DNA of 44,203 nucleotides from a virus (Duplodnaviria > Caudoviricetes), in IMG/VR virus record IMGVR_UViG_3300036825_000154, positions 1 through 44,203 of that record. One strand, written 5' to 3'. Within the stretch, counting starts at the first letter, position 1; every line of letters starts with the position of its first letter. The position numbers and the translations under genes were made by a program. A model generated the notes under the pieces. The model was not told the origin of the DNA. It searched no databases and was given only the letters and a program-made list of their open reading frames with translations. Positions 24,957 to 34,800 of the stretch are shown here, piece after piece.

Positions 24957-26033
24957 ATGTATTTCTCCAAAGAGACACTGGCTGCAAACAGCCGCCTTGG
25001 CGGTCACTGGAATGAGTTGTGGGCAAACCGCAACATCTGGAACGCAAACCACAACTCCATGATTGCCGTAAATCGTGCGCATATGACGCCAGAGATGCTG
25101 GCATGTAACGCCGTCGGTGGTTTCGCTCGTGAGTTCTGGGCAGAAGTTGATAACCAGATCCTACAAATGCGCGATCAGGAAGAAGGGATGGAAATCATCA
25201 ATGACCTAATGGGCGTTCAAACAGTGCTGTCAGTAGGTAAGACAGCCAAGCTCTATAATGTGGTTGGCGATATCGCTGATGATGTTTCAGTCAGCATTGA
25301 TGGCCAGGCTCCGTTCTCGTTTGATCATACTGAATACGACAGCGATGGTGACCCAATCCCAGTATTCACCGCAGGCTATGGTGTTAACTGGCGGCATGCG
25401 GCGGGCATGAACTCCGTGGGTATCGATCTGGTTCTGGACTCGCAGGCGGCCAAACTGAAGAAGGTGAACAAACGCCGGGTCGCCTATTATCTTTCTGGTG
25501 ATTCCAGCATTCAGGTTCAAGGCTATCCGGCCCAGGGCATGAAAAACCATCGCAATTCCAAGAAAATCAATCTTGGTTCTGGTGCAGGTGGTGCAAATAT
25601 CGACCTCACTACCGCTACGCAGGCTCAGCTAATTGAGTTTTACGGGAAAGGTGCGTTCGGCACTACAGCTCGCACTAACAAGGTTGCCCAATATGATATC
25701 CAGTGGGTGAGTCCTGAAATCTGGGCTAACTATGCTCAGCCCTATGTTGTTAATGGGGTCATTACTGGGACAGTGCTGCAGGCTATCCTTCCATTTGCGC
25801 CGGTGAAAGAGGTTCGCCCAACGTTTGCGTTGTCTGGTAACGAGTTTATCGCCTATCAGCGTCGCCGCGATGTTATCTCACCTCTGGTTGGCATGGCTCA
25901 GGGTGTCATTCCTTTGCCGCGTCCACTTCCGAACGTTAACTACAACTTCCAGATCATGTCTGCTGAAGGTCTGCAAATCACCGCAGATGATCAGGGGCTG
26001 TCAGGTGTTGTTTACGGTGCCAATCTGGCGTAA
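24957..26033 (+). CDS. Major capsid protein
   Basis: 358 aa; position in the head operon. Confidence 0.85.
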   Translation: MYFSKETLAANSRLGGHWNELWANRNIWNANHNSMIAVNRAHMTPEMLACNAVGGFAREFWAEVDNQILQMRDQEEGMEIINDLMGVQTVLSVGKTAKLYNVVGDIADDVSVSIDGQAPFSFDHTEYDSDGDPIPVFTAGYGVNWRHAAGMNSVGIDLVLDSQAAKLKKVNKRRVAYYLSGDSSIQVQGYPAQGMKNHRNSKKINLGSGAGGANIDLTTATQAQLIEFYGKGAFGTTARTNKVAQYDIQWVSPEIWANYAQPYVVNGVITGTVLQAILPFAPVKEVRPTFALSGNEFIAYQRRRDVISPLVGMAQGVIPLPRPLPNVNYNFQIMSAEGLQITADDQGLSGVVYGANLA

Positions 26034-26042
26034 GGGGTGAGC

Positions 26043-26336
26043 ATGGCTAAGTACGAAGTAATTCGCCCCTGGAATGGCGTAAAACTCGGTGAAGTTTTGG
26101 ATCTGGACAATCTGCACCCGGCATTGAAATCCAATGTTCGGCCCATGCTTGGTGAGGCTGGTGGTGAGTTGACACCGGCAACCCCTGGAGCGGGGAAAGA
26201 AGCCAAGTCTCGGAAAGAGACTATCGCGAACCGACTGACTGAACTGGCTATCGAATTCAAGGGGAACCTTGGCGCGGATCGGCTTGCCGAGTTGCTACCT
26301 GATGGCGAACTTGAAAAATTGTTCCCTGCTGAATAA
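26043..26336 (+). CDS. Small head-associated hypothetical protein
   Basis: Directly after the capsid gene; followed by a terminator. Confidence 0.65.
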   Translation: MAKYEVIRPWNGVKLGEVLDLDNLHPALKSNVRPMLGEAGGELTPATPGAGKEAKSRKETIANRLTELAIEFKGNLGADRLAELLPDGELEKLFPAE

Positions 26337-26362
26337 CCGCCGCCGCTAAAGGCGGTTTTTTT
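26336..26362 (+). terminator. Intrinsic terminator
   Basis: CCGCC-loop-GGCGG followed by T7. Confidence 0.75.
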
Positions 26363-26403
26363 ATGCCCCGTTTCGGCGGGGTAACTCTTTACAGGAATCA
26401 GCC

Positions 26404-26802
26404 ATGGTGACTATCGAACAGGCCAAAGAATACTTGCAGTCACAAGGTATCACTCTGCCTGATTTCGTCCTGTCCGCGCTGGTGGAACAGGCGAACAGTA
26501 TTCAGGAATGCTTGGACGCACATTACCCTGCTTCTACCTCATTGCTGATACAGCTCTATCTGCTGGCTCTTATGGGATTAGGCCAGGGCGATAAGTATAT
26601 AAGCTCACAAACAGCGCCAAGCGGTGCATCAAGGTCATTCCGTTATCAATCATTCTCTGACCGGTGGAAAGGCGCGGTTAACCTGCTGCGCGGACTCGAC
26701 AAATACGGCTGCGCAACATCGATAACGCCACCTGATCCAACAAATAAAGCTTTCGCAGGCCTCTGGATTGGGAAGGGCGGCTGTATGTGTGGCGGTAAGT
26801 GA
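26404..26802 (+). CDS. Head-tail adaptor
   Basis: Position; ISSQ.APSGASRSF.Y. Confidence 0.7.
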   Translation: MVTIEQAKEYLQSQGITLPDFVLSALVEQANSIQECLDAHYPASTSLLIQLYLLALMGLGQGDKYISSQTAPSGASRSFRYQSFSDRWKGAVNLLRGLDKYGCATSITPPDPTNKAFAGLWIGKGGCMCGGK

Positions 26803-26972
26803 TGGTGTGGGTTCCGGTAGTTGAACGCCTACCCAAGCCATTTGAGCGCGTTTGGGTAAAAACCGACACTGATAGGCAAACTACAGGGTTCGTGAGCAGT
26901 GACGGTAAATGGACAATCAATTGCCCAAAAATCGCAGCTGAGCAGCCATCAGTGATTTGCTGGAGGGAATGA
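26802..26972 (+). CDS. 56-aa DUF551-like protein (not in ORF track)
   Basis: MVWVPVVERLP...V..W; fills the gap with a TGATG overlap. Confidence 0.7.
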   Translation: MVWVPVVERLPKPFERVWVKTDTDRQTTGFVSSDGKWTINCPKIAAEQPSVICWRE

Positions 26973-26973
26973 T

Positions 26974-27321
26974 ATGTCTTCAATAGCTGATTGGTCGTAT
27001 ACGGCGGAGGCAACTTTCTGGCGGAGCCTTGGCATCAGTGAAGCAGGGGATCCGCTTGGGTGGGCTACACCTGAAATCATTATGTGCGATTACGAAGGTG
27101 GGCTATCGAAAAAACTCAGCAATATCGGTTCAGAGATAACGGTAAAAAATACCGTCTGGACAGAGTTCACAGGGGCTAAAGCTGGCGATTACCTGTTTAT
27201 CGGGAAGTCTACGATCGCAGACCCGATCGCCGCGGGTGCTGATGAGGTTATTCAGGTGGTGCGCTATGCCGATACGTTTGAACGCCTCGCTGAAGACATC
27301 GCCATCCTTACGGGAGCGTAA
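26974..27321 (+). CDS. Head closure protein
   Basis: Position in neck module. Confidence 0.65.
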   Translation: MSSIADWSYTAEATFWRSLGISEAGDPLGWATPEIIMCDYEGGLSKKLSNIGSEITVKNTVWTEFTGAKAGDYLFIGKSTIADPIAAGADEVIQVVRYADTFERLAEDIAILTGA

Positions 27322-27323
27322 CA

Positions 27324-27722
27324 ATGGGCGTAAAGATAAAGGGCATCAAGGCAGCACAGCGACGCTTGGATGCTGTCGTAGAGGATGTTCGGACACGTAA
27401 AGCGGTTAGGGCAATCAAATCCGCAATGTTCATTATCGGTGCAGAGTCAGCACTGATGACCCCGATGAATACCGGCACCCTGGTGAATTCACAGTTCCAA
27501 GAAACCATGATCAACGGTACGCGCATTACAGGACGCATCGGCTATTCCTCCAATTATGCTGTTTATGTCCACAACGCCAGCGGCATCATGAAGGGGCTGC
27601 CTCGACCAAACAATCGCGGTAATTATTGGGATCCGTCTGGTGAGCCTAAATTCCTGACAAAAGCAGCTGAGAGAACTCGACGTCAGGTGGATGACATAAT
27701 CCGGAAGGAGATGAAGCTGTGA
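27324..27722 (+). CDS. HK97 gp10-like neck protein
   Basis: TP.NTGTL.NS; NYAVYVH; P.FL. Confidence 0.8.
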   Translation: MGVKIKGIKAAQRRLDAVVEDVRTRKAVRAIKSAMFIIGAESALMTPMNTGTLVNSQFQETMINGTRITGRIGYSSNYAVYVHNASGIMKGLPRPNNRGNYWDPSGEPKFLTKAAERTRRQVDDIIRKEMKL

Positions 27723-28102
27723 CCCCTCCAATGTATCGCCGCCTCCGCGACCATTTCCAAGATGCAGGGCTGACCGCTGGACTCACCATTCAAACGCTGA
27801 TGTGGAATGACACCGGCAAGTTGTCTGAAGCCTTCATTGTGTTCCGCTCAGGCGGAGGATCTGACGTTCAGCATGACCGTGGTGGTGATTTTTTCGTGAT
27901 GGTTGATGTAATTGGAGCGAAGGGCAAGAACGCTGAAGCTGATGCTGCAGCGAACAGAATTGCTGATTTCATCAGTGACCAGGAAGGCGCTGATAGTTGC
28001 GTTGGCGCTATGCGATTGCTTGGCGGGTTGCCACCTCCAATAACTTCTACTGAAGGTCGCCTAATCTACCGATTACTGGTCAGTTGCACTTACGGTGAAT
28101 AA
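27719..28102 (+). CDS. Tail terminator protein
   Basis: Position before the tail tube gene. Confidence 0.7.
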   Translation: MTPPMYRRLRDHFQDAGLTAGLTIQTLMWNDTGKLSEAFIVFRSGGGSDVQHDRGGDFFVMVDVIGAKGKNAEADAAANRIADFISDQEGADSCVGAMRLLGGLPPPITSTEGRLIYRLLVSCTYGE

Positions 28103-28121
28103 CAACACATATCTATCCATC

Positions 28122-28146
28122 AGGCTGCCTCTTGGCGGCCTTTTTT
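28122..28146 (+). terminator. Intrinsic terminator
   Basis: AGGCTGCC-TCTT-GGCGGCC followed by T6. Confidence 0.7.
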
Positions 28147-28163
28147 ATTTGAAGAGGTAACAC

Positions 28164-28913
28164 ATGCAAGGTTGTCCAAATGACACCGGCAAGCTGATCG
28201 GTAAAGTTGCCGTTCTTCGTGCTGCATTCGGTTGTGCTGATGCACTACCTGCTCTAAGTGACTGGAAGCGCCTTGGTGCGCTAACAACTAAAGGCTTCGA
28301 CTTCTCCCCTAACACGGTGACGTCTGAGGCAGACGATACCAAAGGGCTCGTTGAGAGCCTTGTCACGAACATGGATTTCACCATTTCGGGAGAAGGTGAG
28401 TTCCGTAAGAAGGACAAAACCACCGAGATTGGCGCGATTCATATCTCTAAATACATCTTTGATGAAGTGCAGGCGGGGCGGCAGCCAACCTTATGGCTTC
28501 GTTTCGACTTCGTCGGCGAAGATTCTGGCACCTACATCATGGGGTACTTCAACACCACGTCCTGGTCTGGTGATTTCGGCGGCACTGATATTTCCACTTT
28601 CTCTGGCGAGTGGAAAGTAGCTGATTCCGATACTGTGGTATTTGAAGTCGGTGATGATATTCCTGTTACCGGCGTAACTGTTGCTCCAGCAACCGCGAGC
28701 ATTGCCGTAGGGGCCACTCAGCAACTGACTCCTACGATTCTACCAGCTGATGCCAGTGACAAAACCGGCACCTGGTCATCCTCAGCAACCGGCAAAGCCA
28801 CTGTTAACCAATCAGGGCTAGTGACTGGGGTTTCAGCTGGTTCGGCGATTATCACTTTCACCTCTAACGATGGTGCTAAGACATCGACCAGCGCGATCAC
28901 TGTCACCGCGTAA
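28164..28913 (+). CDS. Tail tube protein with C-terminal Ig-like (Big_2) domain
   Basis: PVTGVTVAP..ASI.VG.T.QL...P.DA.DK...WSSS...ATV..SG.VTGV. Confidence 0.9.
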   Translation: MQGCPNDTGKLIGKVAVLRAAFGCADALPALSDWKRLGALTTKGFDFSPNTVTSEADDTKGLVESLVTNMDFTISGEGEFRKKDKTTEIGAIHISKYIFDEVQAGRQPTLWLRFDFVGEDSGTYIMGYFNTTSWSGDFGGTDISTFSGEWKVADSDTVVFEVGDDIPVTGVTVAPATASIAVGATQQLTPTILPADASDKTGTWSSSATGKATVNQSGLVTGVSAGSAIITFTSNDGAKTSTSAITVTA

Positions 28914-28966
28914 CTATCACAAAGGGCATGCATGTGCCCTTGATGATAATTATTCGAGGTTACCCA

Positions 28967-29644
28967 ATGATACCGTTCACCGAAATTGGCGAGATGCTTA
29001 TCTCAGATGCTGACCGCGATTACTTTTTCAGACCATCGTTCGCCAACATGTCACGTATAGGTTCGCCAGCGGCGATTGTAGAGCGTTTTGCTGAGCTGCA
29101 TACCAGTGACGCGCCTCGTTTGCTTGAGGCTGCCATAGCGGCATATGGAGAGATCCCTGGGTGGTTGCTCACCCACATTAACGCGCCTTCTTTCAGTAGC
29201 GATGCCATCTACGCCGGAATGATCGTCATGCAGGCATGTTGTGATGATGATATCAGCGCGCTGGTGGGGGAACTCAAGCCGAGCAAGAGAGGTAAGAGAG
29301 CATTTGTTTTTCGCCAGGGTAAGATGCCAGTAAGCGATATTATCGTACTTGGGCAGGCACTCATTACTCACGGCATCATCGGTAAGGCTAAGGTGCGAAA
29401 GCTGCAACGCCATGAGTCGAACAACTACGTGAACGAGTTCAAAGCATTTGAGTACATCAGCGCAGCACGTAACCACTTCAACATGCCGAGAGCGGAAGCT
29501 GAGCAGCTCACGATGACCGAATTCCAGCAACTGCTTGCCGCCAAGTACCCTGAGCAGAAAGGCTTCACACGTGAAGAGTATGACCAGGTGATGGACGAGG
29601 ATGATAAGCGCTGGCAGGCGATGATGAAAAAACAAAAAATTTAA
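28967..29644 (+). CDS. Tail assembly chaperone-like protein (DUF6246-like; start MIPFTE)
   Basis: EIGEM; FFRPSF; ARNHF....EA..LTMTEF..LL.AKYP. Confidence 0.75.
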   Translation: MIPFTEIGEMLISDADRDYFFRPSFANMSRIGSPAAIVERFAELHTSDAPRLLEAAIAAYGEIPGWLLTHINAPSFSSDAIYAGMIVMQACCDDDISALVGELKPSKRGKRAFVFRQGKMPVSDIIVLGQALITHGIIGKAKVRKLQRHESNNYVNEFKAFEYISAARNHFNMPRAEAEQLTMTEFQQLLAAKYPEQKGFTREEYDQVMDEDDKRWQAMMKKQKI

Positions 29645-29784
29645 TAGCCCTTAAACGAAGTGGAAGATGAATCAGTTAACGCATTTTTCGCTAATGCTGG
29701 TGTACGGTGGCGTTGTGCGGGTCACTACAACGCAATTCAGAGCCATTTAAGGTAATTCAAGGTAAACAAAACGGTTAGTCGACA

Positions 29785-29880
29785 TTGAAAGATGACCATT
29801 TAGGTAATACACTTCGAAGCGTAAGTTAGATGAGATGAATGTTGAATTTGGATGCAATGTCTTTGGCGTTGCATTTTTTG
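29785..29880 (+). promoter_or_regulatory. Moron promoter followed by a leader terminator hairpin
   Basis: TTGAAA-17-TACACT (29785-29813); ATGCAATGTC-TTT-GGCGTTGCAT-TTTTT (29852-29879). Confidence 0.6.
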
Positions 29881-29905
29881 TCACTAAAAACAGCACATAA
29901 GAAGA

Positions 29906-30649
29906 ATGATGAGAGTTCCGCAACCAAAATCTGGCGAGTTGATCGACCTACTGACTCCATCCTTGATACAGGGCAAAAATTTGCTCAGTGAGTTTGAGAT
30001 AAGACGTGTGATCAACGAAGCTCGTAAGTTGCCGGATCGTTACCAAGGGCTCTCGATTGAAGGCTTAGTCAAAATTGTATGCGATGACCTTGAGGAAGGG
30101 TATGCCCTGCTTGAAAGAGCTTTAGCGCTATCTCCATCAGATGCCGTATCGTGGGGGAATTTCTCGCGTGCAGTGGGAAACAAAGCTATTCACAGCAAGC
30201 AAATAGAAATACTCAGAAGAGCTCTGGTTATCAGAGAGCCAGTATTGCTGGTTGAGGCATTGATAATTGGTGCGTTTTGGGCCGACATGGATTTGCTGGA
30301 TAAGGTGGTTCCCATGGTTAGAGCTATGGAAATACAACTAAGCGACCAAGCCATGAAAGCTATCGCTATGTATGAGCGTATGCTTGGGTATGGAGACAAG
30401 GCTAAGCAGGTAACTGATGTAGCTAAGGTGGTAATGTCTGTAGCAGAACGTCATCATTTACCATCCGACGTTAGCCGGGTGGATGATGATGAGGAAGGGT
30501 TAATGGGGTTCTGCTTGTTTGTGAACTCAGAAGACGCTGCCTATCTCCAAGCATTGAACAATGAATTATTAGATGAAATGATCGAGGCTGGGTTAGAGAC
30601 AAGTGACTGTGTTGGCTTCTTTGAGCCAGGTGGTAAAGAATGCCTGTAA
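29906..30649 (+). CDS. TPR-like helical protein with an acidic alpha/beta C-terminal domain (moron)
   Basis: EEGYALLERALALSPSDAVSWGNF...EILRRAL TPR-like repeat. Confidence 0.75.
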   Translation: MMRVPQPKSGELIDLLTPSLIQGKNLLSEFEIRRVINEARKLPDRYQGLSIEGLVKIVCDDLEEGYALLERALALSPSDAVSWGNFSRAVGNKAIHSKQIEILRRALVIREPVLLVEALIIGAFWADMDLLDKVVPMVRAMEIQLSDQAMKAIAMYERMLGYGDKAKQVTDVAKVVMSVAERHHLPSDVSRVDDDEEGLMGFCLFVNSEDAAYLQALNNELLDEMIEAGLETSDCVGFFEPGGKECL

Positions 30650-31050
30650 ATCATGATTGCTTCATGGAGTTAGCCAAAGCTTCAGTCACCAATTCTGGTG
30701 AGCAGTGGACAAGGAATGCAGTAAGCAGAGCCTACTATTCCATGTATCATTCTGCTTTACGAGTGGTTGGTGGTGTAGTTCCTACTCATGATAAGCAAGG
30801 TGAAAAAATACCTGGTGGCACGCATGCAAGGTTTTACAACTACCTTTGCAGTGGAGAGGCTGCAGCAGAGCATAACGTTGACCCGACGCTAACAAAAAAA
30901 ATCGGTCTAAAGCTTAAAACACAGCATTTTCATAGAGTGACCGCAGACTACAAGCTTTCACAAAAAATCAATCGCGTAGTTGCAGTTATAAGCATTCAAG
31001 ATGCAGAAGAAATTGATAACTTAGTCAGCACGTTGATTATTCCTGACTGA
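30640..31050 (+). CDS. HEPN-domain protein (UPF0332/MNT-associated type)
   Basis: RNAVSRAYYSMYH, GTH and RVTADY motifs. Confidence 0.8.
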   Translation: MPVNHDCFMELAKASVTNSGEQWTRNAVSRAYYSMYHSALRVVGGVVPTHDKQGEKIPGGTHARFYNYLCSGEAAAEHNVDPTLTKKIGLKLKTQHFHRVTADYKLSQKINRVVAVISIQDAEEIDNLVSTLIIPD

Positions 31051-31071
31051 GCTTGCTTAGTTCACGGAATT

Positions 31072-31095
31072 AACCCACCCAAGAGGTGGGTTTTT
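31072..31095 (+). terminator. Moron terminator
   Basis: AACCCACC-loop-GGTGGGTTTTT. Confidence 0.8.
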
Positions 31096-31112
31096 GCTTT
31101 CTGACCATCCAC

Positions 31113-31217
31113 TTATTTCATAACCAAATTATTCCAGAATCCTGAAATGAACTCAGGGTTGAAGGCTATCTCCAGCACGATGGCACCCAGAACCAGTATC
31201 AGCATAGTCTTTTGCAT
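31113..31217 (-). CDS. 34-aa hydrophobic peptide MQKTMLILVLGAIVLEIAFNPEFISGFWNNLVMK (not in ORF track)
   Basis: Perfect AAGGAGGT SD; TM helix. Confidence 0.65.
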   Translation of the reverse strand: MQKTMLILVLGAIVLEIAFNPEFISGFWNNLVMK

Positions 31218-31383
31218 GGTGACCTCCTTTGTGTTTTAAGAGAACCCATGTTGTCACTCGCCCTACGCCTGATTCCAGGGAAAAGCCCGACAATACGCGG
31301 ACGAAAACCGCTTTGTCGTTGCTACCGCCGCACCCTCTGCTACCATGTAACGACTTGTTACTTGTCTATGGGAAATGGACTAA

Positions 31384-31833
31384 ATGAAAAAGATTGCAGT
31401 AATAGGGGTTGTTCTCGCTTCACTGATGCTATCTGGGTGTGAGTCGCCACAAATGGCAGAGGCCAAGCGGAAAGATGCAGAGTTTGCAAGCGCGGTAAAA
31501 AACATAAATCTTGAAACTGCAGATGTAGGCGAAGCCCCAAAAAATTACAAAGAAGCTGTCGAAGAGGCAATAAGAGGCCAACTGAAAGACCCTGACTCTG
31601 CAAAGTTTTCAGGCATGACCACTCCCAGAAAGGAAGTAATGGTTGAGAATAGAGATTTTGTTTACGGCTACTCGACCTGTGTATTTGTTAATGCGAAAAA
31701 CTCCTACGGTGGTTATGTTGGCAAGCAACTTTATTGGGTTTTCTTAAGAGATAATCAGGTTCGTCGCGTAAAAAACACAAGCGGACAGTTTGGTAATATT
31801 GTTTTTGTTGGTAGACCTATCAACTGTAGTTGA
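31384..31833 (+). CDS. Moron lipoprotein
   Basis: MKK..LMLSG-C lipobox; LKDPDSAKF, VNAKNSYGGYVG. Confidence 0.85.
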   Translation: MKKIAVIGVVLASLMLSGCESPQMAEAKRKDAEFASAVKNINLETADVGEAPKNYKEAVEEAIRGQLKDPDSAKFSGMTTPRKEVMVENRDFVYGYSTCVFVNAKNSYGGYVGKQLYWVFLRDNQVRRVKNTSGQFGNIVFVGRPINCS

Positions 31834-31851
31834 ACTTACAAGAAATTTAAT

Positions 31852-31876
31852 AACCTCGCATATGCGGGGTTTTTTT
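31852..31876 (+). terminator. Intrinsic terminator
   Basis: AACCTCGCA-TA-TGCGGGG followed by T7. Confidence 0.75.
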
Positions 31877-31894
31877 ATGCCTGGAGATCAGAGA

Positions 31895-34800
31895 ATGGCA
31901 GAGCAAGACGGTGGGACATTAAGCTATCAAGTTGAGATAGACACAGCAAAAATGCTCACAGGAAGTCGTAGGGCATCTGACGTCTTGGGGGAAATGGAAA
32001 AGCAATCAGGTAAGGCAGATGCGAGCTTATCAAAATTAGAAAAACAGGCTGGTACGACTGGCTCTACTTTGGGGGCGCTATCCCGCGTTGCCACGGCAGT
32101 TACTGCCGCTCTGTCTTTCCGTGAAGTGATGGCCTATGCCGATGCGTGGACAACATTAAATAATAAGCTGGCGAATGCTGTTAGAGAAAATGAGTCTCTG
32201 GCTGATGTTACTGAGCGTGTTTTTCAAATAACCCAAGCAACTCGTTCCAGTTTGAATGGAACTGCAACGCTTTATGCTCGCTTGGAACGAGCGACCAGGG
32301 AGTACAATACATCGGCAACGGATCTTGCGAAGTTAACCACCATAATCAACCAAGGATTTGTGGTTTCTGGTGCTACAGCGCAAGAGGCAGAGGGGGCTAT
32401 TGTCCAACTTTCTCAAGGATTAGCTTCAGGAGTTTTAAGGGGGCAGGAGTACAACTCAGTTGCGGAGCAGGGTAGTCGGCTATCGATTGCCCTGGCTGAT
32501 TCGCTGGGGGTTAGCATCGGACAACTTCGGGCGATGGCCGCACAAGGGAAACTTACTACTGATGTGGTTGTGAAAGGCTTGCTGTCTCAAGGTGATGCTA
32601 TTGGCAGAGAGTTTGCCAAAACAACCATGACTATCGGTCAAGCCAGCCAAATTGCCGGGAATAACATCACAAAGTTTATTGGCAGTTCTGCCACTGTGAA
32701 AACAGGGATGATGGTATTTAATGATGCCATTATCACCTTAAGTGAAAACTTAACTGCTGTTTCAAACGTGATATTGGCTATTTCGGCAGTGATTGGTTCT
32801 CGATATGTATCGGCATTGACCGCTGCAACATTGGCAACTGTAGCGAACACTGTAGCTTCTACCAGAGCCGCTATAGCGCAAGGATCGCTTAGGGCGGCAT
32901 TGGTCGCAGCCCTAACCCCTCTTGGAGGGCTTGTTGGAGCAGCAACCCTTGCGTCGGCAGCTATCTTCTATTTCTATCAGAGGGCGCAACAAGCCAAGCA
33001 AGAAGCAATAGATTTTGCCGATAAACTCGATGGTGTTATCGCAAAAATGCGCACCATGAGTAGCGTTCAGTTAGCCGCAGAAATAGACAAGGCCAGCAAG
33101 TCAATTAAGCTTCAATCTGAAGAGTTAAAAGGTAGCGAGGCACAACTCACTGACCTGACATCCAGATTAGAGAACGCAAAGGCTGCCGTTGCAGGTTTAG
33201 CCCAGAGTAACCTGCTTTATTCTGATGCTGTTTCAAAGCTTAATCAGCTTGAAAGCGAGCATATTCAGTTAACAGCTCAGGTAGAGTCCGAACAGACTAA
33301 ATTAAGCCAGACAATCAGCAAAACCGGAATTTTGCGGGCTCAAATGAACGGAACTTTTCAGCAGGGCATAGACTTGCTGAAGCGAGACGGACATGAGGCT
33401 GGGGTATCCTCCGGGTTGTTTAATCAGCTCGGCGATGCGTTGAATTTCGCGGCAAGGGCCAAGGATAAATTTAATTCTACAAGCCTGAAGGTTGAGCGAC
33501 CGAAAAACGTTCAGGATTACCTCGATAAACTCAACGATCAGGTTGAAATACAGAGTGAACTGAATGAAAGAAAGCGTTCCCAGCTTAAGGCCGAAAAGGA
33601 CATTAGAAACCTTGGCGGCAGCGAGCAGGACGTAATGCTTGCGCGTGAAAGGGCTGGTGTTGAGTATGACAGAACAAAAGCCATTCAGGAGCAGAAGCAA
33701 GCTACAAAGGAAAATACGGCTGAAGGGAAAAAGGCCGCAAGCCAAGCGGAAAGCGTTGCCCAAAAACTTGCAAATTTAAAGCAGCAGTCCGAAATGGTAG
33801 CAGACTCGACAAATGATCTAAGCCGCGCCCAGTCCATTCTAAATGCACAGCAGTCATTAGGGAAAAGTGCAACACAGGCACAAATAACCTTGGCAGGGCA
33901 ATATGCTGCAAAAAAATGGGACACAGCAAATGCGATAAAGGCTCAGGCTGCTGCTGAAAGGCTTCTACCTGAGACTAGAGAGAATGTGACCTACACGCAG
34001 GATGTGAAGGATCTTAATACTGCGCTTGCTGCGAAAAGGATTAGCCAGTCGCAATATAACGCGACTTCTGAACGATTAGAGCAAGAGCATCAGGCCACCT
34101 TGGCACAAATACGTGCTGGGCAAGTTGTTACCGCACAACAGGATTCAGCTGGTTCTGTTGACCCTGTCCAAGCATTGGCAAATGAAAATGCCAAAAAGAT
34201 GGAGCTCATCAAGCAATTTGAGGCTGATGGCACACTAACGCACCAACAGGCTATCGCTTTACGAGCTGGTGCTGATCGTCAGTATGAAACTGATCGTGTT
34301 AATGCTCAGTGGGCGCTGTTCACTCAACAGAGCATCGGTTACGAGGCTTTGGGTGCGGCTGTTGACTCGTTCGGACAAAGTGCTAGTTCTGCGCTTTCTG
34401 GTGTCATCACCGGCACACAATCTGCGTCAGACGCAATGAGGGGGCTTGCTGATACTGTTCTGAGTAGTGTCATTCAAACATTTGTCGAAATGGGATTGCA
34501 GCAGGTTCGGGCCGCTGTGATGGGTACTGCTGCGCAGACATCCGGTATCGCGGCTGTGACGACGGCGCAGGTAGCTTCCACAGCGACGACAACGGCGACA
34601 AGCGTAGCTTCTGCAGGTACGACAATGGCCGCATGGTTACCGGCTGCGCTGGTGGCTTCTGTTGGCTCGTTTGGCGCTGCGGCAATCATCGGTGGTGCTG
34701 CTTTGGTAGGGGCCTTTGCTCTGTCCAAGACATTATCCGGTAAACGCAAGAATGGCGGCCCTGTGTCTGCTGGAAGCATGTATCAGGTAGGTGAAGGTGG

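Noticed and set aside
28967-29644. Lambda G/GT-type programmed frameshift
   Set aside because: Single continuous ORF with no convincing slippery site leading to an open downstream frame
31212-31442. 76-aa plus-strand ORF
   Set aside because: No SD, spans promoter DNA and overlaps two better-supported genes
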